Assembly (NCBI RefSeq): GCF_037042905.1
Contig: NC_087248.1
Span: forward strand, 22,940,001 to 23,004,000
Source of the DNA: Lytechinus pictus
Taxonomy: Eukaryota
Direction: 5' to 3'
Length of the DNA stretch: 64,000 nucleotides
Shown: positions 13,010-25,000 of the stretch, piece after piece
Layout of the letters: each line of letters begins with the position of its first letter
Numbering within the stretch: position 1 is the first letter of the stretch
The notes under the pieces: generated by a model
Told to the model about the DNA's origin: nothing
The model's input: the letters and a program-made list of their open reading frames with translations, nothing else
Database searches by the model: none
Position numbers and translations under genes: made by a program

Positions 13010-16000
13010 CTGTATCACAAGGGAAAAAAAATTGACAAATTCAAACTTAAATGCCAGTTTTGGTAACGATTTAAAGGTCAAGTCCACCACAGGAAAATGT
13101 TGATTTGAATAAATAGAGAAAAATTAAACTAGCATAACACTGAAAATTTCATCAAAATCGGATGTAAAATAAGAAAGTTATGACATTTTAAAGTTTCGCT
13201 TATTTTTCAAAAAACGGTGATATGCACAACTCAGTGACAGGCGAATGAGACAGTTGATGATGTCCCTCACTCACTATTTCTTTTGATTTTTTATTGTTTG
13301 AATTATACAATATTCATTTTTTACAAATTTGACAATATGGACCAGCTTGAATGAACCATATAGTATTAAACAATGCTAATTCCATATGTTCAGGGAGGAA
13401 TTATCATTGTTTCACTTGACAATGAGGAGAAAATTAGAATATTTCATATAATAAAATACAAAAGAAATAGTGAGTGGATGACATCATCAGTCTCCTCATT
13501 TGCATACCGACCAGGATGTGCATATATCTGTTTTGTGAAATTAAGTGAAACTTTAAAATGTCATAACTTTCTTATCTTACATCCGAATTTTGATGAAATT
13601 TTCAGTCAAATGTATTGCTGTACACATGCATGACCAAATTATATCCAAACACCCCCTAAACAAGTTTTTTGTGGGCTTCATTTACACATTTTGGCCCCTA
13701 AACAAATTGTCTTGGGTAAAAAGCTTGGAGAAAAAACATATCTTAAAGGGACCCTAAACACGTTTGGCTAGTCTTAAAAAAAGCTTTGGAAAAAAAACAT
13801 ACCCTAAATACATTTGACCCAACCCTTTATGAGTGCACGCACTGCCTGCATCCAAAACTGAAAAAACACCCCTTGAAACATGTTTTTTGGTCACGCATGT
13901 GTACAGCAATATATTTGACTGGCCTCCCCAGGAGCAAGGGGTCATCTTTTTCAAAAGCAATAATAATAATACAATGTCCCACATGTGCTCAACTCTGTTG
14001 GTGATTTTCTGTGTGATCATTTTTCAGCCTAGATTTCATGATTTCAGTAAGGCTGATGTAAAACATGTTTATAACAACTAGTCATTATTACAAATGAACA
14101 ATGTTTATAACAAGCTTACAATCGGCCAATCAAATCAAAAGATTTCAGTAGCTTTTAACTGTTACTACAAAGTTGTTATTGTAACAAGTTTTATGAAACA
14201 GGCCCCTGGTGTTACCTTTTCTCCTTGAAGAGTGTTGTATTCCTCTATTAACTTGAAACTGGCCTGCTTGTCCTTCCAGTCCTGGTCAAGGGCTTCGGCT
14301 AGCTCCCTCCTGTGTGACAGAGAGAGAGGGGGAGCAAGAGAGAGAGAGAGAGGGGGGGAGAGAAGGGGAAAGAGGGGGAGAGAAGGGGAAAGAGGGGGAA
14401 GAGGGAAATGGCGAAGAAGGGAGAAGACAGTGAGAAGATAAGGAAGAGAAGGTGGATAGAGAAGGGTGGAATTGTTTTTTTTTTTCAAAGCAGAAAGAAG
14501 GAGATAGGTTGCAAGGGAGTATGGGGAAGAGGAAGAGAGAGGAAGAAGATGAAGAATGGAACGAGAGATGGGGAAAGGGGGAGAGGGAAAGAGAAAGAGA
14601 AAGGAGTAAAGAGGGAAAGAGACAGAGAAGGGAGTACAGGGGAAGGAAATGGGGTGCAACAGAGAGAGTAGAAGTAGTATAGTATAGTAGAAGTATAAAG
14701 AGAGAGAAGACAGAAAAGGAGGGTGGGGAGATAAAGGAGTGATGTAAGTCCTGTTTTATCCAACAGTTACCATGGCAACAGTTCTTCACCGAAAATCAAA
14801 ATCAAGGAAAGTTGTCAGATCTGACAACTTGTCGGACACAAATGTTGATGAAACACCCCCCAGTACGTGGAAACATGCCTTATGTAATGTTAGGAGTAGA
14901 CCATAGATATCCTAAAGCTACATGTAGATAAAATTTCAATGGTTTATTTCAATAATTTAATAATTGTGGAGTTTCTATTTTTACTTTGTATATTTACTCT
15001 CTATCTTCGATGCCCCAACCCCTCCTCACCTGTGGGTTCCAGAGGGGCAATACCAGGGGTACGTCTTACAAAGAGTTGCGATAGTACTGCAACTGATCTT
15101 AAAGTCTTATCTCTTGATTACACAAATTTAGATCTTCCGCAATTTGAGTTCGATTAGAATATATTGTAACTTCTTTGCGATATGGGCCCCAGGGTTGCGT
15201 TTCACAAAACTGTTGGTGAATGCAGATATACAATGAATTTGTGACTTACTTTCTTGTATGAAGCAGAGCCAACTCGGTTTGAACCCGAAGGAATTCCTGG
15301 GCCATCTAGATTGATGCAACAAAGAAAATTAGAATAAAATAATACTAAAATACACGTAACAAACTGTCAACAAAACATTCCTGTACTACAGAAATATCAA
15401 ATTGAATGCGGTCCCCAAAGAAATAGCAAAGCCGAAAAACTACTCTCTTATGGCTGCTGGACCTTGATTGTGAAATAAGCTCTTACAATTTGCCCCTCTA
15501 TTATCTTCATTGAAGAGAACATTTACTGAAAAGTTATAGTGATAAATCTTATTGACATTATGCACTGAAAACGGGTCCCAATATTCAGTACACTTTAATT
15601 TTATTTTCATATCATATTCCATATGTGATGGCTAGCATTAAGGATAAAGAACTCCAAAGTACCTCCATAAAATTTATAATTGATTGTAATGTTTGGTGTA
15701 ACAGGATACGATTCTTACCCTCATGTGTTCATCAAATATTTCCTGTGAATCCCTGGAGTTGGGGTTTGGAGGAAGAGGCTGCATTCAAATCGAAAACAAA
15801 TTAAAAATATATAAGAAAGATGATGATGCACAGCATTTGTATGGCACCATATATCTTTCAAAGACATTCAAAGGCGTATCTTTGGAGGAGCCAGCCAATC
15901 TGGGTCGCCTAGAAGGGCGCGCACACAGAACTGTGACCCCCAGGTCTCTCCTCCCGAGATAACTGGTTGGGGGAATGCAGGTGGACCACTACACCGGGGT

Positions 16001-19000
16001 TTCCCCCTACTCTTATTCGAATAGTGCAGTGGGTTCTTAACGTGCAAAGGTGGTGACTCTCCTCTACACTTCCCAGGGAGTGGAGATGGTGCACTATGTG
16101 TGTGAAACAGTGATGGATCCATTAAAAATAATAATAATAACAGTCTTTATGTCGTGCATATCACTTAATATAGCTATTTTTCCATGCACTTCAAAATATA
16201 AAGAAAATAAACAGATGCACTACTAAGCTTACGTTGTTGAATTGACATACATATTGAATAAGTAAGTTTTAAGAGCTATTTTGAATTTGTCTACTGTATC
16301 AATTGTTTTCAGGAAATTTGAAAGTCCTGTAAAACAGGGGATGCATGGGCAAATGAACGTTCACCATATGTTTTTGTTGATACTGGAGGATCGATTAATA
16401 AATTCTTATTGTCAATCCCATTGACATGTAAAGAGCTTGGAAATGCAAGTATTACATGTTTTATAAACTATTATTACTATGTTAATAATCATAATTTTTA
16501 TTATCATCATAATTACCTGAAGATGAGGTTCTAGAGTACTATAAGCCATTGAGACATCTGAGTCATCACCTAAGCACACACAAAAATATTTAAAAAGACA
16601 TTATTTACATGGACGAAGTCAAATTTATAACTTGTTTTAACAGTCTCTGATGGAAAATACATGTATACTATTTAAACCTATTTAATATGTAAATACAGAG
16701 ATCTGCACATATTACCCACTTTGGCGAGTAAACAAAAAAAGGTTATATTTGCCGAAGGTTGACTTGTAAAATAATCAATATGATTATTTTAATATCTTCA
16801 CAAAAAATATCTTAAAAAAAACATAATTTTTGAAAGTGAAAGTGAATAATTAATTAATTAATGCGTTAACAAAAATAATCACAGGCATACATGAAGTGGA
16901 TATGGGTTACTCAAAATTAGTAGCTGCCATTCTAACCATAGCAATATAGAAATATTCATAGACTACAGGCTACAGCCACTTGCCAGCTCCATTAGAGGAC
17001 AAGTCCACCTCAGAAAAATGTTGATTTAAATCAATAGAGAAAAATCAGACAAGCATAATACAGAAAATTTCATCAGAATCGGATGTAAAATAAGAAAGTT
17101 ATGACATTTTAAAAGTTTCGCTTATTTTCCACAAAATAGTTATATGCACAATTTAGCCACATGCAAAAGAGAGAATCAATGATGTCCCTCACTCACTATT
17201 TCTTTTGTTTTTTATTGTTTGAATAATACAATATTTCAATTTTTACAGATTTGACAGTAATGACCAATTTGACTGAAACATAAAATGTTTAAAAAATGGT
17301 TATTCCACATGTTCAGGGAGAAATACAACTTTGTTTCACAGGACAATAAGAAAAATAAAATATTTCATATTTCACATAATAACATACAAAAGAAATAGAG
17401 AGTGAGTGATGTCATGCACCGGGATGTGCATATAACTATTTTGTGAAATTACGCAAAACTTAAAAATGTCAATAACTTTCTTATTTTACATCCGATTTTG
17501 ATTAAATTTTTAGTGTAATGCTTGTGGGATTTTTCTCTTTTTATTCAAATCAACTTTTTGTTGAAGTGGACTTGTCCTTTAATCAACTTGGTTGCCTTAT
17601 CCAACATAAACTTGAATGTGTTTATAGAGTGTATATAGCACTATGCAGATTAGTGAAAATGGAAAACAAGCATTGAACTAATTTGAATGCCAAATTGCAG
17701 CATGTTTACTATCTAGTACAGTATAAAAAAAATGACAACCTTATTTCAATGTACAGTAGAATCTGCTTGAGTCACAACTCTTGGAATCACAGAAATCTAT
17801 TTGACTTGGGTAAAATCAATAGAGGCCCATATTCTGAAATCGGGTTCAATTCAGACCATGGTCTCACTCTTTGCTTAAATTATGGGAAGCCAAAAATGTG
17901 TTTATATTGTACATGCATGTTACTAATATTTACAGTGCTCTTTCATTATGCTATAATGGTGAAGAAAAATAAATCGTTATTCCCAGTATAAATGATCAGA
18001 ATGATAGATGAGCTGATAAATTGAACCTCTACTGTTCAAGATGTGTTTTACAATTAGTTTTCCCTAGTTAAACCACAACTTAAGACCAGAGTTTAGATTA
18101 AAAACCCGGAATCAGAATACGAGTCATAGGATTTATTGATTTGCATATTTGTGTCCAAAGAAATTCTCCAACTTGGGAAACAGTTTGAATATGGAAAGCC
18201 GACTTTTGCAGAATCTACTGTGTAATCACTTTGTTGGACCTGGGGCCCGTCTTACAATGAGTTGTGATTGATCTGATCAATCGCAACAATGGACGGCCAG
18301 CAACATCAACATCTATTATGCATGTTTGTTCAAAATATTTTCTAGATCTGAATGTATATCCATAAATTCATTGATTTCTTGACAATTTGGTGTGTTCTTT
18401 GTTTACAAAGGTCATTTTGTAAATTTCCTGTAGAAAAAATTATGACACTGATGGATTTCCATAGAGTTACGATTGATTGGATCAATCGTAACTCTTTGTA
18501 AGACGGGCCCCTGAAAGAAAGACAGTATAAATGCCCTTTGGAAACCACATCCTCATTTGGAGCTTTTCAAGCATCGACTTTCATGGGGGATTCTACACTA
18601 TTGAGATCAAACTGATTAGGAATCAAAGTATAGTATCGATACCAGGGGCCCGTTGCAGAAAGAGTTGCAATCGATCGCAAATCTTATAGTCATGAGCAAC
18701 TTTATTTTCAACCAATCAACAGCGCGCATTTGGGACTTGCGATTGATTTTTTTTACTTGCGTTTAAACGCAACTCTTTCTGCAACGGGCCCCTTATCAGC
18801 TTAACATGGGCCTTGTCTTACAAAGAGTTACGGTTGATCCAATCAATTGTTACTCTATGGAAATCCATCAGTGTCATAATTTTTTCTACAGGAAATTTGC
18901 ACAATGTCCTTTGTAAACAAAGAGAAGCACAGTGAATTTTCAAGAAAACAATGAATGCATGAATATACATCATAGTTAGAAAATATTTTGAACAAACATG

Positions 19001-22000
19001 CATAATAGATGTTGATGTTGCTGGCCGTCCATAGTTGTGATTGATTGGATCAATCGTAACACTTTGTAAGACAGGGCCCCGTCTTACAAAAAGTTGCAAA
19101 TGATCCATTCAATCACAACTATGGAAAACCATCAACGTCAACATCTATTATGCATGATTGTTCAAAATATTTCATAGATATAATGTATATTCCTACATCT
19201 ATCGTTTTCTTGAAAATTCAGACTGCTTATCTTTGTTTACACAGGACAGGGTGCAAATTTTCTGTCAAAAAAATTATGACAATAATAGATTTCCATATAG
19301 TTGAGGGTGATCGGATCAGTTGTAACTCTTTGAAAGACAAAGCCCGCGGTACCGACTGCACAGAAACGTTGTTAGCGGTAACAATTCACCCGCGAAGGCC
19401 CTGTTACAACCTGTAATGTCGCAGCGATGCCTTGATGTCACAGCAGCGCATTATTTACATCTTGGATCAACGTTTGACATCACAATCCGAAAGAAGTGAT
19501 TGAGCCTACTATAAGTGCTCTTTTAGCGCCAACGTCTCTCTGCGGACAGTACAGGTTTGGTTTGATAGGCGGTGTGCACCTACCACATAAACTGGTCGTG
19601 CCCTCCGCATTTGGTACATTATACTTTAGGGCATTCCAGATGCTTTTCACCAAGTCTGGTGTTTAATAGCCAATGATAATCCTTCCCCCATGAAAGCTGA
19701 AGATCGAGACCCTTTAACCCATTGCATACTGTGACCAGTGGCCCCTGTATATTGTCTATGGGAATTACAGAATTCAGTAGCCAACAGGTTAACCCATTGC
19801 CTACCAGAACCAAGTAAAAATAGTACAAATTCTATGAGTGTTACAGAATTCAGTAGCCAACACGTTAACCCCTTGCCTACTGGAAACAGGTAAACATTGC
19901 GTAAAGCCTATAGATGGGAATTATAGAATTCAGTTAGTCAACAAGTTAACCCCTTGTCTATGGAAACCGAGAGATCCTTATTCAAGGTCAATGGGAATAA
20001 GAGAATTATGTACTTGATTGGTTGAGGGAAAACACCATGTTGTCAATGCAGAGGTCGATGTACCATATAATCATAACTTTAACACAAAATTAATTGGGTT
20101 TAGGATCAGCGTACTTTTCATTCGGCTTGATGATACTCTCTGTTCTAGTGACTGACTCCGGTCGAAGCGCCCCTGTCCTGACGTACCCCCGACGCTGGAA
20201 CCAGTGGACTCCCTGGTCCCCATGCGACTCTCCAACACTGTAGTGGGTGGATGAGAAGGATATTGGGGGAGGGGCGTAATGTCCTGCCGCAGCTCGATGG
20301 AGCTATGGCGGTGGGGTTGGGCGGTGGACGTCGGGGCGTTGTAAGGGGAGCTGTGGTAGGATTTGGGTCTCTGTCGGGGGTGGTCCAGCTCGGACAGGTC
20401 ACTGGGGACGGAGATGGAGTGGTGAGGGGGCGGCATGGGGGGCACGTTGGGGTAAGTTTGCTGGGGGTGCATGGGCGTGGTGGTATGGGGTGGGGTGGGT
20501 GTGGTGGTATGGGGTGGGGTAGGTATGGTGGTTTGGGGTGGGGTGGGAGTGGGGGACAAGACGGGGGGAGGTGGGGATTTGAACAGGGGTTTGGGGGTGA
20601 CAGGTGGCGGCGGGGTCGAGACGGGGGGCTTGGTTGGGAGGGGAGAAAAGTATTTGGGGATGTCCTGGTCAAGGATTCGCCCATGGGAGTTACTACGACG
20701 ATGGGTCTGAACAGAGGACTCTGTAAGAGTTTATGCACAACCACAAACACGACAAACAAACAAACAAACAAACATGAAGGGAAGAAAACAAAAGAAACAA
20801 AAATACATTGTCTTAGCATGCAGCACAGCAAATGAACATTAGCCATTCTACACAGTATGCCATTGTGCACATAACTACTCACTCATAAAAAGAAAATCTT
20901 GGTAACTGATTTCGAACAGCACCTCAATCTAACGGCATATTATCATGCCATCTTTTACACAAATTACAGGATCATTTTTTTGCCAATCATCTATCATGCA
21001 AAATTTATCAAAATTGACATACTTATAAAATGCAGTCAAACTTGCAGGAAAATTAAATTCACTCCGATAACGATATCAATTACAATAATTACAATAATAA
21101 TGATATTCATAAAAATGATAATAATAATAATGATAATAATAAGTAACAATAATAAAACATTTTAAAAAGGGATAACAGAAGAATCATAAAAATAATTATT
21201 GTTATTTTCGTGACCTCATCAATGACAAGAGAAGCAACTTATAATTTTCAGCAAAATCTGACTAAAACTGTTATCATCCCTTTCAATCTTATCAAGAACA
21301 TCAAAAGCAAGCAATTTAACCAAAAGTTATGGATAAGTGAATACTTTCTGAGGAATATATTCTAATTAACTTAACAACCACAAAAAAGGGAAATACTGCC
21401 ATGTCTAGGATAATCGTAAAACCTGATGATGGTAACCATGCATCAAACAAAGACAAAGGTTGACCTTTTTTTGTCAAGTCAAGCACAATGGGTGATTTCA
21501 GGTTCAGTGTTGACCTTTTGGTGTTGGTGTGAGGTCAATTTTTACACGATTATTACACCAAACATAAAATGAAGATGGTCCCGAAAAGTCGCTCACTAAT
21601 TGTTGAGATGTCAATATGTGATATGGATCAGTTTTACAAACTCTGAGTAAGTTTTGGAGCAAGGGGGAAGCAATCAAGATTTCAACACCAACACCAAGGC
21701 CAACACCTGACTTGAAATCACCCATTGTAACGTGGGTAAGCCAGCACATCAATGATATATCAAGTTATTACCATCCACAAAATGTGTTTAATTTTTCAAC
21801 AATACATATCTGCATAACACATACTGTGTGTGTGTGTATGTGTTTATGTATAGGTTTGGGGAACATACATGTACCATGCACACTGTATTGCAGTTGTAGC
21901 CTTTAACAAAGCTTATTCTTTAAGTACTATTATTCAATCGATAAACACTAAATATGCAATAAATACTACGCTATCATGGATATTGGAAATAAATCTTGAT

Positions 22001-25000
22001 AAATATCGTAATACTTTGAAGATGACCACTTTTCTAGTCTTTAGTCTGTCATTTATTTTCTTTCCTCCTACAGATTATTTTTTTTCCTTTGCCCCTTTCC
22101 TTCTCTGCATTCTTTTCCTAATTTTTCAAATCTCCAATTTAACAAGAAAAACATAATCTAGGGGTAATATTATGGACCATGTCTTGTTTTAGCTTAATTA
22201 TTATATTTATCTTTAATTTCCTCATAATACTAACAAATCCATAACTCCACTCTTACACTTCATAATTCTTGGGAACCTTCGAAGAAGAATAAGTCCTTGG
22301 ACGCGTCGTGGAAGAAAGATAACAAGTTAATTCTTTTCAAGTGACAAACTTCAACAATGTGGGACAAAAATTGTGATTTTATCAAAAACAAGAAAAATAC
22401 TTCTAATAAACCTTTTCAGATCCGGGAATATTCACCAACATGAAAATTAATCTGCATACCCTTGCATATAAGCAAACTTTCATCTTTATGCTAACATACC
22501 AAAACAAGAATGTCTTTAATCTGGGAATATCAACTATTACAAAATCTATTTTGACGTACTCCTACAGGCAAATTTTCATCCCTATGCTATCGTTTTAATC
22601 AGGAAAATAATGATAAAGAGTCAATCATTTTACTTCACTTGAAAAGATGAAGTAACTTCATTGTATTTCAGCATGAACAGAAGAACTTTTGCAGTACATG
22701 TAATCCTAAATGTTCTCCTACTTTATATATTTTTTTTAATCATGTTGAATTTCAAAAATTATTTTTTATTATATTAGTTCCATGCAATGGAGTGAGTATG
22801 GGTTATCTGGAATAACAAAGATGTGAATGATATTGGATCAAATCTTAGTAAAAAAAAAATAGAACAGTACATAACAAATACCAAAAGATTTTCCATATAA
22901 TATTCTGAAGATTTCAGAACATTTCTAAAAGTCAGGGTTTTTTTTATCATTCGTAGTTATACATCCTCTTGATAATTTATCATTGACATTATTACATGTT
23001 TCCTATTCTTCCCAAGAACAAGTTTTTACTAATTTTTCAATTCAATAAAAAGATAAATATATCTTGAATCTTGAGTTCAGTGAAGGCCAATTATCAATCA
23101 ATTTATGAACAAATTAATTTGACAGGATATATTGGTCATCAGCAAAGGACCTTTCACTCTTTTATTATTAATAGTCTTCCTACCATCTAGGTATTAGTTG
23201 AACCTTCTTTCCCACCTTTATTGCACACTCAAAAGAGATTTCAGACAAAGTTTGTAACATATTTTCGCAGTGTTTTAGCTTCATTTTAAAGAGTGGAACA
23301 GCCTATATCACCAAGATATGAAGGCATATAAAATACAGGAATCCAGACTCACTTGAATTTAATACACTCTTGCACACATAGGATATGTGGACACATCTAA
23401 TATTTTTTCCCCTTTTTTAGGATTTTAAATTTCACTTGAAATGATTGTTTTAGCCTATCACCAAATTATATTAAATACAAAAATCTAGACTCACTTGCAA
23501 AACATTATTGCATATCTATAAAAGATTTGGACACAACTTGCAATCTTCTTTAAACTTTTTTTAAAGAATTTTTAGACTCACTTTGAAAACATTCTTGCTT
23601 ATTTATAAAAGACACAGCTTGCAATCTGTTTAAACTGTTTTTTAAAAGAATTTTAGGCTTCATCTGAAATGAATGATGGCCAAGATTGAGAATCAAATAG
23701 CACCGGATCTTGACTACCTACACAAAAATAAGTATATGGGACTACAAAACCATAAAGCCTGAAAATGTGATTCACGCATTTCTTATCACCAAGTAATGAA
23801 GGTATATAAAATATAATAGGACTCTAGACTCGCCTCAATAACACTATTGCGTACTTGGAAGATTTTGGGCTCACCTCGCATTTTTTTTGCGCTGTTAATT
23901 GTGATTTTTAGCTTCATTTAAGGGATTTTTGTCAGACTGTCACCAAGAAATAAAGAGATACCGGTATACTAATCTGGACTTACTTGCAGTGTTGTCTTCA
24001 TCAACTCTCAGGTCTAGGAGGTCCATGGAATGGCGTTTCTTCTGATCCTTAGAGCTCGGATGGACGGGAGGAAGGTCACTGAATGGAGCATGAGGGTCAA
24101 TCTAACAAAACAGACCAACAAAGATACAACAGGGGGTGTTTCACAAAGATTTATCTGCCACTGAAAGTCACGCTCATGGGGCCAGTTGCATGGGATATAT
24201 ATAGAAGATGGATCAAAACAATAATCAGGGGCCCTTTTCATAAAGAGTTACAACTGTTGTAACTCTGCCATTATGGCCAATACCATGGTAACCTTAATTT
24301 TGATTGGCTGCTGTTGCCATGGTAGCTGCCATTATGGCAAGATTACAACAGTTGTAACTCTTTATGAAACGGGCCCCAGATCGTGCAAACCCGTGGATAT
24401 GCAGCTCAAAGTCCCTGGCTGTGACTCGTGCATAGAAATGCTCTCTTCTTTAAATTTGTTGTTGATGTGCTAGTTTTCTGTGAGTACCCACTTGTAGATC
24501 AAAGTTTCAGTCAGGGTCTGTGCCTGCAGACTAGATCATGCTAAGGGGATGCATACTATACTATGTATAATCAATGAGATTGTGCATTTAATATTAGGAA
24601 GGTTTTACTTTAACATCAGATGTAAAAAATGTTTTAAATATCTGCCCTGAAAACTTGCTTTGAATCAAATAATTATTGTACTTGTGGAAGTATGACTTAT
24701 GCACACTTAATTTATATTCATTTTTCTGGCTGCATACAAAATGCCAAGGCGATAAATAAAGATCTCTCTTACCTTCTGTGGGTCTTGTGGGCCGTTACTA
24801 TGGCTACTCGTTGAATGTATGACCGTGTCGCTTATAGTGCTCCCTCTCGAGTCCATGGAGCGATTACTTGCGAGACTCATATCGGCGGTCTGCTCCGCCA
24901 GTCGATCTGCCATTCCATCACCAGCGTTTCTCTCTGCGTTTAGTAAAAAAAAGTTCAATAATAAATCTAGCAACACTCTTTTTTTACATTCATTTTTAGA

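Noticed and set aside
14165-14789. Multiple long ORFs in the GA-rich tract
   Set aside because: Low-complexity sequence; only 14216-14309 is coding.
20145-20882. Alternative-frame and antisense ORFs (245 aa, 194 aa) over TAK1 exon 11
   Set aside because: Shadows of a GC-rich low-complexity exon; splice phase selects the other frame.
22256-22294. Possible 39-nt TAK1 micro-exon (aag|GACTTATT...GAAGT|gtaaga)
   Set aside because: Weak acceptor, and joining to exon 11 would create TAG; unsupported without RNA data.
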